Shown here: positions 1-9,752 of the stretch, one piece after another | Numbering within the stretch: the stretch's first letter is position 1 | How the letters are laid out: each line of letters opens with the position of its first letter | From: an uncultured Gammaproteobacteria bacterium | GTDB taxonomy: Bacteria > Pseudomonadota > Gammaproteobacteria > Pseudomonadales > Pseudohongiellaceae | DNA length: 60,674 bases | Assembly (NCBI GenBank): GCA_903887045.1 | Contig: CAISOD010000075.1 | Location: 1 to 60,674 of the forward strand | Reading direction: 5' to 3' | Position numbers and translations under genes: made by a program | Notes under the pieces: model-generated | Seen by the model: the letters and a program-made list of their open reading frames with translations, nothing else | Database searches by the model: none | What the model was told of the DNA's origin: nothing

Positions 1-119
1 ATGGCATCATCGAAGGCAAGGCCGATGCCGTACTGGCCGCCAGCATCTTCCACTTCGGCCAACACACGATCCCTGAAGCCAAAGCCTACATGCGGGAACG
101 CGGCATCGAAATGCGCTGA
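1..119 (+). CDS. hisF: Imidazole glycerol phosphate synthase cyclase subunit HisF, C-terminal fragment (5' end outside window)
   Basis: Reading from nt 3 gives [38 protein letters not shown], the conserved HisF C-terminus ([13 protein letters not shown]). Stop TGA at 117-119. Absent from the ORF track because there is no start codon in the window. Confidence 0.8.
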   Translation, partial: GIIEGKADAVLAASIFHFGQHTIPEAKAYMRERGIEMR

Positions 120-135
120 GAGGCGTCTTCTGTCC

Positions 136-984
136 TTACTTCAGTATTTCCAGCACCCGCGCTGCCATTGCTTCGTGCCCGCGAGCAGTGGGGTGGAATG
201 AAGCGCCTGAGCCTGCCGGCACCGCGCCGTTGACCCAGCGATTGGCTTCGTCGGCACAGGGTCCGTGGCCGTCACTGTCAACATAGACATCGGCCACCAA
301 CGCACCGTGAGCGTTGGCAGCACCTACCATAGCGTCTTCCAATTGTTGTCCCAGCGTTGCCAGATAGTCGGCGTCGGCATCCACCAGTCCCACGGCTGCA
401 CACCGCTGGGCTTGATCGGGGATGACGCGCGGGTACGGCACCATGACGATGATCGCGCGCGGAGATCTGGCGCGGATGGCGTCGATTACTTGCCCGAGTC
501 ACAATGTCAGCTTGCCAGCCACTTGTGCAATCGCAGCCTTGTCGAGCTTGTCGGTACAGCGATCTTCCGCCTTGGCTCCGGCACAGCGACCAGTAGAGGA
601 ACTGTAGCTGATGTCGTTGCCGCCGATTGTCAGCGTAACGAGTGCAGTTTCTGCCTGCAGTGCTGAAAGCTGTGGCGGCGCTTCGCCCTGCGGCGTGTCG
701 AGAATGTGGCCGGTGGTGGCACCGCTGCAGCTGACATCAGTCAACACCAGTCCAAGCGACGCGGCGACCAGATGGGGATAGTTGTGATCGGAGCGGCCGC
801 AGGTGGCAGCTTGTTGCGGAATGCCCGGTCCTGCCGCGAATGAGCTGCCGAGTGCGACATGCTGCATTCCTGCCGACAGTGGCGCGGATTGAGCCATGGT
901 ATGGCTGGCCATCAGCAGCAGGGCCAGTGCCGCCATGCCGCAATGGCTGCCAAACGGAGCGCTTATGGCACTGAAGTCTCGCAT
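136..984 (-). pseudogene. Secreted SGNH/GDSL-family hydrolase interrupted by one in-frame TGA (499-501)
   Basis: ORFs 499..984 and 136..444 are in the same frame. Joined, they read ...AQVAGKLTL*LGQVIDAIRARSPRAIIVMVPYPRVIP... . Features present: N-terminal signal peptide (MAALALLLMASHTMAQS), block I VALGSSFAAG, block III TIGGNDI, block V FHPTARGH. Confidence 0.7.
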
Positions 985-1002
985 GGGATCGGGCCTCTGT
1001 TG

Positions 1003-2370
1003 TCAGTTCAGCGCCTTCAATACGTTGATGCCTTTGAGCAGGTTAAGCGCCTCATTCAGCTGGTAATCCTGCACCAATACATCGTCGGCGGAAACAACGG
1101 GTTGCGGTGTTGCTGCCGGTGCAGGCGTTGGTGGCGCGTCATTGCCATTGGCGAGATGGCCGGTGAGATCTTCCTCGCGATAGGCTGCTGCACTGTCGGC
1201 GATGCGGGTAACCTGGCCGCGATCGACCACGATATCAGGCGAAATACCTGTCGCCTGGATCGAGCGCCCGCTCGGTGTGAAGTACAGCGATGTGGTCAGT
1301 TTGATCGCGCGGTCGTTGGTCAGCGGCAGCACGGTTTGCACCGAGCCTTTGCCAAAGCTGCGCGTGCCCATGATGACCGCGCGTTTGAGGTCCTGCAGTG
1401 CGCCCGCCACAATTTCGGACGCCGATGCCGAGCCCCCGTTGATCAATACCACCAGCGGCACGCCGTGGCTCGGATCGTCAGCAGTGGCTTCGAAACGCAT
1501 GCTCGAATTGGCAATGCGACCTTCGGTGTAAACAATGAGCCCGCTGGTGACGAATGCATCAACCACGCCAACGGCTGCCTGCAATACGCCACCCGGGTTG
1601 TTGCGCAGATCCAGCACCATGCCCTTCATGGCATTGGCTTCACCCTGCATCTTGCCCAGCGCTTCCACCACTTCTGTGCCTGAGTTGGCAGAAAACTGCG
1701 AGATACGGATATAGCCATAACCGGGTTCCAGCTCGCGTGTGCGGATGCTGCGTGCCTTGATGATTTCGCGGGTGACCGTGACTTCAAACGGTTCGTTGAC
1801 ACCATCCCGCACGATCGTAAGTCTGAGTTTGGTGCCGGGTTCGCCCCGCAACAGTTCGGTGGTATCGCCCAGTGTTACTTCCTGTGCCGGTGTGTCATCA
1901 AGTTTGATGATGAGATCGCCAGCCTGGATGCCGGCGCGTGTAGCCGGTGAATCGTCCATCGGCGCGATGATCTTGATAAGTCCGTTCTCGATGCCGACTT
2001 CAACACCCAGGCCGCCAAACTCCCCGGTAGTGGTTTCACGCAAATCGGCAAAGTCTCGCTCAGCCAGGTAACTGGAATGCGGGTCGATACCAGCCAGCAT
2101 GCCCTTGATGGCGTTTTCGAGCAGTGTCTTGTCGTCGATAGGTTCGACGTAGGCTTCGCGTACTTCATTCAATACCTGCGCGAAGATGCGGACTTCTTCC
2201 ATCGGCAGTGGCATTTGGCCGGCGGCGGCCGGCGGCTGAGCCCGTGGGGCTGATGAATCAGCAGCGTCCTGGGCGGATGAATAAGGCGCGCACAACAATG
2301 CAGCGCACATTGCGCTGGCAAGCGTGGGACGGGTGAAGCGTGTGGAGTATTTGAAGAGTCCTGACAGCAT
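1003..2370 (-). CDS. ctpA: Carboxy-terminal processing protease (S41 family, PDZ domain)
   Basis: 455-aa ORF with signal peptide, PDZ region (GGLGVEVG...GDLIIKLD) and S41 catalytic region (LINGGSASASEIVAGALQD...GxxSFGKGSVQ). Sits in the conserved gpmI-envC-ctpA context. Confidence 0.9.
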   Translation of the reverse strand: MLSGLFKYSTRFTRPTLASAMCAALLCAPYSSAQDAADSSAPRAQPPAAAGQMPLPMEEVRIFAQVLNEVREAYVEPIDDKTLLENAIKGMLAGIDPHSSYLAERDFADLRETTTGEFGGLGVEVGIENGLIKIIAPMDDSPATRAGIQAGDLIIKLDDTPAQEVTLGDTTELLRGEPGTKLRLTIVRDGVNEPFEVTVTREIIKARSIRTRELEPGYGYIRISQFSANSGTEVVEALGKMQGEANAMKGMVLDLRNNPGGVLQAAVGVVDAFVTSGLIVYTEGRIANSSMRFEATADDPSHGVPLVVLINGGSASASEIVAGALQDLKRAVIMGTRSFGKGSVQTVLPLTNDRAIKLTTSLYFTPSGRSIQATGISPDIVVDRGQVTRIADSAAAYREEDLTGHLANGNDAPPTPAPAATPQPVVSADDVLVQDYQLNEALNLLKGINVLKALN

Positions 2371-2470
2371 GGATGACCTCCGGCTGAATCAGTTTTTGCA
2401 TCGGTGGCTTTTATACCACCATCTATACGGACCAAAACCTGAACGGACCAGAATCTATTCAGACCAGAAT

Positions 2471-3601
2471 TCATTTACACCAGAGGGCGGGGTTTTCGGC
2501 CTTGCCGTTGTGGCGGATTTCGAAATAGAGACCGTATTCGCTCTGACCGCCGGTGTTGCCGACCGCGGCAATTTTCTCGCCGGCTTCGACTGCGGCACCA
2601 ACTGCTTTGAACAGTTGCTGGTTGTGAGCGTACAAACTCATGTAACCATCGCCATGGTCAATTATCAATAGAAGTCCGGAATTGCCGAACCAGTCGGCAA
2701 ACACTACGCGGCCTGCGTGCACAGCCTGCACACTGCTGCCTGCCTGCGCGGCCAGCAACACACCTTCGTAATTGAGATCACCAAGACCGTAACGAGAACC
2801 GAATGCGTGCGTCACCTTGCCCTGCAGCGGCCACGCCAGCTTGCCTTTGCTGGCGGCGAAAGCTTCGCCGCTGAAGGCAGCAGCAATGGTTGAGCGCGTC
2901 AATTCTTCCAGCAGCAGTTGAATCTCAACCCGCTGCTGTTCCAGATCATTCAGTTTGCTGTTACCGGCTTTCAATTCTGCCTCAAGGCCGGCAAGTTGTT
3001 GCTGGCGCTGGGCGCGGCGATCGTCAAGTTCGGCTTGCCGCTGCTTGAGTTCGGCTTGTTGCAAAGCGAGTTGCGTGGTGCCGGCGGCAATATCGGCGCG
3101 GGTCTGTGTCAGCTGCTGCAGCATCGTATTGAAGTCGTTTATGCGTTGCGCCCGTGCAGTACCAAAGTATTGGTAATAGCGCATAAGGCGGGCAGTTTCG
3201 GCCGGGTCTTGCTGATTCAGCAGCAGCTTCAGGCTTTCGTCACTGCCGTTCATCCATGCACTGCGCAGATAACCGGCCAGCAGTTGCTGCTGTTCCACGC
3301 GGGCTTGTTCAAGCGACGCTTCTTTTTCCTGCAGCGCTGTCAGCGAACCCTGTTCGCTGGCCAATTGGCTGTCGAGCTCGCTGGTCTTTTGCTGCAGTTC
3401 GCGAATGGATTTTTCGCTGGTCTCGACATCTGCTGCCAATGTCGAGCGTTCTTTGTCGAGGGCGGCTACGTCGTTGCGCACCTTGGCAATGGCGCGTTCG
3501 AGCTGCTTGAGTTCGGCTTCGCTGGCATCCGGACTGGCGGCGCAAAGCAGCGTGCTGCCAAAGCAGAGTGCGAGTGCCAGGCTGCAGCGCAGTGCGCGCA
3601 T
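2471..3601 (-). CDS. envC: Murein hydrolase activator EnvC-like protein (coiled coil plus LytM/M23 domain)
   Basis: 376 aa. Has a signal peptide, a long Q/E/L-rich coiled coil and a C-terminal M23 domain (LLIIDHGDGYMSLYAHN...GNTGG). Its start overlaps the gpmI stop by 1 nt (TGATG). Confidence 0.85.
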   Translation of the reverse strand: MRALRCSLALALCFGSTLLCAASPDASEAELKQLERAIAKVRNDVAALDKERSTLAADVETSEKSIRELQQKTSELDSQLASEQGSLTALQEKEASLEQARVEQQQLLAGYLRSAWMNGSDESLKLLLNQQDPAETARLMRYYQYFGTARAQRINDFNTMLQQLTQTRADIAAGTTQLALQQAELKQRQAELDDRRAQRQQQLAGLEAELKAGNSKLNDLEQQRVEIQLLLEELTRSTIAAAFSGEAFAASKGKLAWPLQGKVTHAFGSRYGLGDLNYEGVLLAAQAGSSVQAVHAGRVVFADWFGNSGLLLIIDHGDGYMSLYAHNQQLFKAVGAAVEAGEKIAAVGNTGGQSEYGLYFEIRHNGKAENPALWCK

Positions 3602-5187
3602 CAGGCGGGCTGTACTGGCAAAGGTACTGGCAAGGGTTGTGCCAGTGAATGCCCCAGCATTTCCTGCGGCTGTGGCATATCCATCAGTGTCAGCAAGGTC
3701 GGTGCTACATCGCTGAGGGCGCCGTCGTCCATCAAGGCAAGTTTGCGAGGGCCGAAATACAGCAGTGGCACTGGGCCGTTGGTGTGTTGCGTCATCGGTT
3801 GGTTGTTCTCTTCATCCAGCATCTGTTCGGCATTGCCGTGATCGGCCGTGATCAGACATTGGCCTCCCACTTCTTCCAGTGCGCTGGTTATGCGGCCGAT
3901 ACACTCGTCGAGTACTTCCACTGCCTTGATTGCTGCAGGCAGTGAGCCGGTGTGGCCCACCATGTCGCCGTTGGCGTAGTTGCAGACGATGGCATCAAAT
4001 TCGCGGTTGCGGATGGCGCTCACCAGTTTGTCGGTGACTTCATACGCGCTCATTTCCGGCTGCAGATCGTAGGTCTCCACCTTTGGCGACGGCACCAGGA
4101 TGCGGGTTTCACCGGGATAGGGTTCTTCCCGGCCGCCACTGAAGAAGAAGGTCACGTGGGCGTATTTTTCGGTTTCCGCTATGCGTAACTGGGTGCGACC
4201 GCGTTTGGCCAGGTACTCACCAAAACTGTTGTCGAGGTTCTCCGGGTCGTAAGCGACGATTGTTGGCAGGTCGCCGGCATATTCAGTGAGCGACGTGAAG
4301 CTGCCGATTGTTGGGAGGTTGCCGCGATCAAAGCCGTTGAAGCCGCTCTTGATGAAGGCTGCAGTCAGCTCGCGCGCACGGTCGGCGCGGAAATTCATGA
4401 ACACGATGGAGTCGTTGTCGTGGATCGCGACGGGTAGTTCACCAGCGGCCGCGAGCACGGCAGGCTGCACGAACTCATCATTTTCGCCGCGGACATAGGC
4501 CGCTTGCAGCGCGCTCACTGCGTCAGCGTATTGCCACTGCGCTTTGCCATGGCAGATTGCATTGAAGGCTTTCTCGACACGATCCCAGCGCTTGTCGCGA
4601 TCCATGCCGAAGAAGCGGCCACCTACTGAAGCCAGGCGACCGCGCCCCGGCTGCGCGAACCATGCGCTGAAGCGGCGCAGCGAATTTTCGGCGCTGCGTG
4701 GTGGCGTGTCGCGGCCATCCAGCATCGCGTGCAGATAGATCTTGCTGCAGCCTTTATTCGCTGCCAGCTCAAGCATCGCCATGATCTGGTCTTCGTGGCT
4801 GTGGATGCCGCCGTCAGACAGCAGCCCGATCACATGCAGCGCGCTATCGTGCTTGAGCACATGGTCAACCGCACCTACCAGCGCGGCATTGGTGAAGAAA
4901 TCGCCATCGGCGATGGATTTGTTGATGCGAGTCAGGCTCTGGTAAACCACACGGCCGGCACCAAGGTTCATGTGGCCGACTTCGGAGTTGCCCATCTGGC
5001 CATCCGGCAGTCCTACCCGCATGCCGGAGGTATGGATCAGCGTGTGCGGGCAACTCGCCAAAAGGCGGTCCCACACCGGCGTTGAGGCCAGAGCGATGGC
5101 GTTGTGGCTGGGATTCTCACGATGGCCGAAGCCGTCGAGGATCAGGAGCAGGGTCGGTGCAGAGGCTGGTGCTGAGGATGCAGTCAT
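3601..5187 (-). CDS. gpmI: 2,3-bisphosphoglycerate-independent phosphoglycerate mutase
   Basis: 528 aa. Contains LLILDGFGHRE, NSEVGHMNLGAGR and ITADHGNAE motifs typical of iPGM. Has a short Pro-rich C-terminal tail. Confidence 0.95.
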   Translation of the reverse strand: MTASSAPASAPTLLLILDGFGHRENPSHNAIALASTPVWDRLLASCPHTLIHTSGMRVGLPDGQMGNSEVGHMNLGAGRVVYQSLTRINKSIADGDFFTNAALVGAVDHVLKHDSALHVIGLLSDGGIHSHEDQIMAMLELAANKGCSKIYLHAMLDGRDTPPRSAENSLRRFSAWFAQPGRGRLASVGGRFFGMDRDKRWDRVEKAFNAICHGKAQWQYADAVSALQAAYVRGENDEFVQPAVLAAAGELPVAIHDNDSIVFMNFRADRARELTAAFIKSGFNGFDRGNLPTIGSFTSLTEYAGDLPTIVAYDPENLDNSFGEYLAKRGRTQLRIAETEKYAHVTFFFSGGREEPYPGETRILVPSPKVETYDLQPEMSAYEVTDKLVSAIRNREFDAIVCNYANGDMVGHTGSLPAAIKAVEVLDECIGRITSALEEVGGQCLITADHGNAEQMLDEENNQPMTQHTNGPVPLLYFGPRKLALMDDGALSDVAPTLLTLMDMPQPQEMLGHSLAQPLPVPLPVQPA

Positions 5188-5295
5188 GGATTCTTCAAAC
5201 GGCTGGAATCATGGGGGATTCTAAGGGGGTGCCGGCCTGACTTCCAAGCATTGGCTGTGTATACTGCCGCGCCTTTCCGAGAAGCAAGTTCCTGC

Positions 5296-5709
5296 ATGGC
5301 ACGTTTTTTCGAATTTCTGGTAAATCACTGGGTCCTTTCCGGGTTGTGGCTGGCTCTGGCCACCACGCTGCTGGCCTATATCAACTCCAAAATCGCCAGT
5401 AGCCTGAGTCCGCATCAGGCTGTTGCCCTCGTGAACAGGGCGAATGGTGTCGTGCTTGATGTGCGCGAACGCAAGGAGTTTGACAAGGGCCATATTGTCG
5501 ACGCCGTGAATATCCCGCTCGCCAAACTGCATGAACGCGCCATCGAGCTTGAAAAAAGCAAGGACCATCCAGTGATCGTGGTGTGCCAGTTCGGGCAGCA
5601 GGCCGGAGAAGCAGTAAAACTCCTGCATGCAAAAGGTTTCGCCAAGGCCAACAAACTGGCCGGCGGATTGTCGGAATGGCAGGCGCAGAATCTGCCGCTG
5701 GTCAAGTAA
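5296..5709 (+). CDS. Membrane-anchored single-domain rhodanese sulfurtransferase
   Basis: N-terminal TM helix (FLVNHWVLSGLWLALATTLLAYI) then a rhodanese fold with the active-site loop VVCQFGQQA. The ORF track starts at a TTG at 5251. I prefer the ATG at 5296, immediately before the TM helix. Confidence 0.8.
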   Translation: MARFFEFLVNHWVLSGLWLALATTLLAYINSKIASSLSPHQAVALVNRANGVVLDVRERKEFDKGHIVDAVNIPLAKLHERAIELEKSKDHPVIVVCQFGQQAGEAVKLLHAKGFAKANKLAGGLSEWQAQNLPLVK

Positions 5710-5767
5710 TACTGTTGCCGGCAGCGATCAAGATATCCAAATAGGCATCCAATCAAACAGGTGAACC

Positions 5768-6247
5768 ATGGCAGACGATACAACGGCAGTACAACCGGCA
5801 CAGAGTGAACCGCGTTTCGGCGTGCAACGCATCTATATCAAAGATACTTCATTTGAATCGCCGGATACGCCGGAATGTTTCCGCCGCGCCTACACTCCAA
5901 AAGTCGGTTTCAGCATCAATACCCGCAGCCGCAAGATTGAAGGCGACGTCTATGAAGTGGTGTTGCGCCTGACGGCAGATGTCAAACAGGACGAAAAGAC
6001 GGTGTTTCTCGTTGAAGTGCAGCAGGCCGGCATATTCGAAGTCGGCGGCCTTGAAGGCGAGCGACTGGAGCAGGTGCTCACTGTCACCTGCCCAAGTATT
6101 TTGTTCCCCTATGGCCGCGAAGCGATTGACGCGCTGGTAACCAAGGGCAGCTTCCCGGCACTTATGCTGGCACCTATCAACTTTGAAGCTGTTTACATGC
6201 AGGCCAAGCGTCAGCAGGCTACCGAGCAGCAAGTACCAGTAAGCTAA
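5768..6247 (+). CDS. secB: Protein-export chaperone SecB
   Basis: 159 aa. Reads FGVQRIYIKDTSFESP...CPSILFPYGREAIDALVTKGSFPALMLAPINFEA, full-length SecB signature. Confidence 0.95.
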   Translation: MADDTTAVQPAQSEPRFGVQRIYIKDTSFESPDTPECFRRAYTPKVGFSINTRSRKIEGDVYEVVLRLTADVKQDEKTVFLVEVQQAGIFEVGGLEGERLEQVLTVTCPSILFPYGREAIDALVTKGSFPALMLAPINFEAVYMQAKRQQATEQQVPVS

Positions 6248-6267
6248 GGCCGGTCGCCGAACCGCAG

Positions 6268-6741
6268 TTACCCCGGCCAGTGCGCGCCGGGGTAGCCCAG
6301 TTGCCGCCAAGCCTCAAAAGCTGCAACTGCTACAGCATTCGACAGATTAAGGCTGCGGCTGGTTGCTACCATGGGCAATCGCAGCACTGCAGTGATCTCG
6401 GCAGCAGCCAACAGGCTCTGCGGAATGCCGCGCGATTCCGGTCCGAACAACAGAAAGTCCCCGTCCTCATAGCGCCAGTTGTCGTGAGTGGCATGGCCCT
6501 TTGTGCTGAATGCCAGCAGACGTCGTGGCCGGCAAGTGTCCAGAAACGATTGCCAGTCCTTGTGGACCTGCAGTGTGCTGTATTCGTGGTAGTCCAATCC
6601 GGCGCGTCGAAGTTGCTTGGCGTCCAGGGAAAATCCCAATGGCTCAACCAGATGCAGCGAGCTGCCGATATTGCTGGTGAGACGAATGATGTTGCCGGTA
6701 TTGGGCGGGATTTCGGGTTGGTACAACACGATATTGAACAC
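6268..6741 (-). CDS. trmL: tRNA (cytidine/uridine-2'-O-)-methyltransferase TrmL (SpoU family)
   Basis: Begins (V)[24 protein letters not shown] at 6741 has a GGAAGG Shine-Dalgarno upstream and gives 157 aa, the normal TrmL length. The 191-aa ORF (to 6843) is probably an upstream extension. Confidence 0.85.
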   Translation of the reverse strand: MFNIVLYQPEIPPNTGNIIRLTSNIGSSLHLVEPLGFSLDAKQLRRAGLDYHEYSTLQVHKDWQSFLDTCRPRRLLAFSTKGHATHDNWRYEDGDFLLFGPESRGIPQSLLAAAEITAVLRLPMVATSRSLNLSNAVAVAAFEAWRQLGYPGAHWPG

Positions 6742-6912
6742 AAAAAGCCTTCCGGAACAATGGAATGCAGTCGTCAATCGGCGCTTGGGGAGGGCCGGTA
6801 AGACTGTCTTTGCATCATTGCTGAATACGGCAGTGGTGTCCACGGCACTGGCAAAGCCTGCCCGTGGAGGGCAGATGTGGATGGGACATGCAACCGAACA
6901 AGGTCACCGACC

Positions 6913-8346
6913 TTAGTCGGCAATTTCCTCCTCTTCGTCGGTAGTGCTGCCTTGCATGCCGAGTTCCTTCAGCTTGCGCGTCAGCGTGTTGCGGCCCCAA
7001 CCCAATAGTTCTGAGGCGTCCCGTTTGCGGCCTCCGCTGTGCTGCAACGCCACTTCGATCATGCATCTCTCGAACAGCGGCGTTGCCTGCTGCAGGATGC
7101 CGGTATGGCCGAGCTTCAATTCCTGGTCAGCCCAGTGTTTCAGATTCTGCACCCAGTTGCCGGCCACGGGATTTTCGGTGCTGCTGGTATGGAATTCTTC
7201 CGGCAGGTCGTTGATGAAGATTTCACGACCGGCTGCCATCACCGTGATCCAACTACAGAAGTTCTCCAGCTGACGCACGTTGCCGGGCCACGGCAGGTTG
7301 GTCAGGAACTTGCTGGTTTCCGGGCGTAACACCTTTTTCTCGACTCCCATCTGCTGCGCAGCCTTGCGCAGGAAGTGCTCACACAGCGCCGGGATATCTT
7401 CACGGCGATCAGACAGCCGCGGCAGATGGATTGGAATCACGTTGAGGCGATGGAACAAGTCTTCACGGAACAGGTGTTCCTTGACCCGTGCCTCGAGGTT
7501 CTGGTGCGTTGCCGCGATCACCCGCACATCGGCCTTGATGGGAGTCAGGCCCCCAACACGATAGAACTCGCCATCGGACAACACACGCAACAATCGCGTC
7601 TGCGTTTCTGTCGGCATGTCGCCGATTTCGTCGAGGAACAAGGTGCCGCCATGCGCCTGTTCAAAACGCCCAACACGCGTCTGGGTTGCTCCGGTAAATG
7701 CGCCTTTCTCATGACCGAACAATTCGGATTCGATCAGGTCTTTCGGAATCGCAGCGACGTTGAGAGGAATATAGGGCTTGTCGGCCCGCGGGCTGTGCTT
7801 GTGCAGCGCCTGCGCCACCAGTTCCTTGCCTGTGCCGGATTCGCCCTTTATCAAGACGGTGATGTTCGAATGCGACAGACGACCAATGGCACGGAATACC
7901 TCCTGCATCGACGGTGCTTCACCGATGATGGTTTTGGTTTCCTGTACGGCGGGCGGTTGTGATTCACCGCGGGTTTCCTGCGAATGCCGGATAGCACGCT
8001 GGGCCACCGCCACGGCTTCGTTGACGTCGAACGGCTTTGGCAGATATTCGAAGGCGCCGTGCTTGTAGGATTGCACAGCGCTGCTGAGGTCCGAGTGCGC
8101 CGTCATGATTATGACGGGAATCTGCGGATAGTTTTCCTGTACCTCATTCAATACTTCGAGGCCGTCGCTGCCGGGCATGCGAATGTCACTGATGATCACG
8201 GCCGGCTGCCGCGTGCGCAACCGGTTGAGCATGCTGTCGCCATTGTCGAAGCTCTCGCTGCTGAGCCCGGCTTTGGAAAATGATTTTTCGAGTACCCAGC
8301 GGATGGAACGGTCGTCGTCCACTATCCAGATGGTGTCCTTGTTCAT
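6913..8346 (-). CDS. glnG: Nitrogen regulation response regulator NtrC (sigma54 activator)
   Basis: 477 aa. Has a receiver domain ([14 protein letters not shown]...DIRMPG), an AAA+ sigma54 interaction domain ([29 protein letters not shown]) and a Fis-type HTH ([16 protein letters not shown]). Confidence 0.95.
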   Translation of the reverse strand: MNKDTIWIVDDDRSIRWVLEKSFSKAGLSSESFDNGDSMLNRLRTRQPAVIISDIRMPGSDGLEVLNEVQENYPQIPVIIMTAHSDLSSAVQSYKHGAFEYLPKPFDVNEAVAVAQRAIRHSQETRGESQPPAVQETKTIIGEAPSMQEVFRAIGRLSHSNITVLIKGESGTGKELVAQALHKHSPRADKPYIPLNVAAIPKDLIESELFGHEKGAFTGATQTRVGRFEQAHGGTLFLDEIGDMPTETQTRLLRVLSDGEFYRVGGLTPIKADVRVIAATHQNLEARVKEHLFREDLFHRLNVIPIHLPRLSDRREDIPALCEHFLRKAAQQMGVEKKVLRPETSKFLTNLPWPGNVRQLENFCSWITVMAAGREIFINDLPEEFHTSSTENPVAGNWVQNLKHWADQELKLGHTGILQQATPLFERCMIEVALQHSGGRKRDASELLGWGRNTLTRKLKELGMQGSTTDEEEEIAD

Positions 8347-9485
8347 GTATTGCTACCTTCGGCATTGATCGGAATCGAAAGCATGAAACGCGTGCGCCCC
8401 GGTTGGCTTTCGCATTCGATGAGTCCTGCGTGATTCTTGATTATGTTCTGTGCAATTGACAGGCCAAGTCCGGTGCCCTCGGCGCGACCACTGATCAGAG
8501 GGTAGAAAATGTTCTCGATAATGTGGGCAGGAATGCCGGGACCGTTATCGATGATCTCGATGCGCACTACCAGTTTGTGCGTCACGCTGGCAACGGTCGC
8601 ATGGGTCACTGCACGAGTGCGCAGAATGATCTGCGGTGGCTGTTTCTGGTGAGGATTCTCTGTCAGGGCTTGCATGGCATTGCGCACGATGTTCAGCACT
8701 GCCTGGATAAGCTGTTCAAGGTCGCCGGAGATTTCCGGCAGGCTGGGATCGTAGTCGCGGATGATTTTGATCGAACCCATGGTTTCGGCTTCCACCAGAT
8801 TGCGCACACGCTCCAGTACTTCATGGATGTTGAGCGCGCGTATCACCGGCTTTTTGTAGGGACCGGTCAGGCGATCAACCAGGTTCACCAGCCGGTCGGC
8901 TTCCTCGATGATGACGTTGGTGTAGTCCTGCAACTGTGAATTCGGCAGTTCAGAGGCGAGTAATTGGGCGGCGCCGCGAATGCCCCCCAGGGGATTCTTT
9001 ATCTCGTGACTGAGGCCGCGAATCATTTCGACCGTGATTTCGTGCTTGGCCAGTAGCGTTTCCTTGCGGCTGATCGACCAACTGCGGTTGATTTCCTGTA
9101 GTTCGAGCAGGAAGAAGACATTGCCTTGGTCATGCACAATCGACGTGGCGTGGTCGACCAGCACCTTGTTGCCGCTCGGCAGCAATAGTTCAACCTTGCG
9201 TGAAATCATGGGGGTGTTGCTCTTGCGAACTGCCACAACAGCCTGCTCAAGCATTTCGCCGTTGCGCACCAGTTCAGTGATATGCGCCATGTGCGAGTGG
9301 CGGTCACTGGTTTCCAGCAGCGACTCGGCGGCAGGGTTCATATGAAAGAGGCAGCTGGCCTTATCGAGGACAATGACGGCAGTCGTCAGGTTGTCGAGCA
9401 GGCTGGTGTTGAAGCTTTCGCTGGTCACTTTGACCGAGTTCCCGTGTTTTATGAATATGGCATTCATGCTGGAGCAACAGTGCAT
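8343..9485 (-). CDS. glnL: Nitrogen regulation sensor histidine kinase NtrB
   Basis: Has a PAS region (LLDNLTTAVIVLD...MNPAAESLL), an H-box (GLSHEIKNPLGGIRGAAQLL) and N/G boxes (NAMQA, DNGPGIP, GTGLGLS). Overlaps ntrC by 4 nt. The start is uncertain (9485 or the ATG at 9467). Confidence 0.9.
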   Translation of the reverse strand: MHCCSSMNAIFIKHGNSVKVTSESFNTSLLDNLTTAVIVLDKASCLFHMNPAAESLLETSDRHSHMAHITELVRNGEMLEQAVVAVRKSNTPMISRKVELLLPSGNKVLVDHATSIVHDQGNVFFLLELQEINRSWSISRKETLLAKHEITVEMIRGLSHEIKNPLGGIRGAAQLLASELPNSQLQDYTNVIIEEADRLVNLVDRLTGPYKKPVIRALNIHEVLERVRNLVEAETMGSIKIIRDYDPSLPEISGDLEQLIQAVLNIVRNAMQALTENPHQKQPPQIILRTRAVTHATVASVTHKLVVRIEIIDNGPGIPAHIIENIFYPLISGRAEGTGLGLSIAQNIIKNHAGLIECESQPGRTRFMLSIPINAEGSNT

Positions 9486-9518
9486 TCATGATGGACAGCG
9501 CTGTGATGATGCAAATAA

Positions 9519-9627
9519 TGCACCAAGCTGGTCAGCCTTCTGGTTGTGCTGAAAATCCAACCCAAAGCAGGGAATGGCCAGCCTGCAATCAGTGCATCCT
9601 GAAAAAAAATTGCACAAACTTGGTGCG
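9519..9627 (-). promoter_or_regulatory. Two NtrC-box-like sites upstream of ntrB
   Basis: TGCACAAACTTGGTGCG (9611-9627) matches 12/14 specified positions of the NtrC consensus TGCACCAnnnTGGTGCA. TGCACCAAGCTGGTCAG (9519-9535) has one good half-site. Both lie between the glnA terminator and the ntrB start. Confidence 0.4.
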
Positions 9628-9657
9628 CCGACTTCAATCTACGCCTTTCGATGGCAC

Positions 9658-9683
9658 AAAAAAAGCCCGCCGTGCGGCGGGCT
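9658..9683 (-). terminator. Rho-independent terminator of glnA
   Basis: On the minus strand: GCCCGCC-gcac-GGCGGGC (7-bp GC stem, 4-nt loop) followed by a run of 7 U. Confidence 0.8.
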
Positions 9684-9694
9684 TGGGAGACTTG

Positions 9695-9729
9695 GGTTCT
9701 GTGCCACCACTAGCGCAGGGCACAGAACC
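9695..9729 (-). other. Perfect 11-bp stem-loop in the glnA 3' UTR
   Basis: GGTTCTGTGCC (9695-9705) pairs perfectly with GGCACAGAACC (9719-9729) around a 13-nt loop. It sits between the glnA stop (9753) and the terminator. Confidence 0.6.
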
Positions 9730-9752
9730 GGTTCAAGTCCGGGCAGCTGCTG

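Noticed and set aside
499-501. Selenocysteine or programmed read-through at the TGA inside the SGNH hydrolase
   Set aside because: The position lies in a helix-forming linker, not at a redox or catalytic site. I see no convincing SECIS-like hairpin in the 40 nt downstream. SGNH hydrolases are not known selenoproteins. A nonsense mutation or base-call error is far more likely.
9695-9749. tRNA or tRNA-like element (CCGG-TTCAAGT-CCGG looks like a T-arm)
   Set aside because: No complementary acceptor stem exists. The adjacent hairpin has an 11-bp stem and 13-nt loop, incompatible with an anticodon arm. The region is better explained as glnA 3' UTR structure on the opposite strand.
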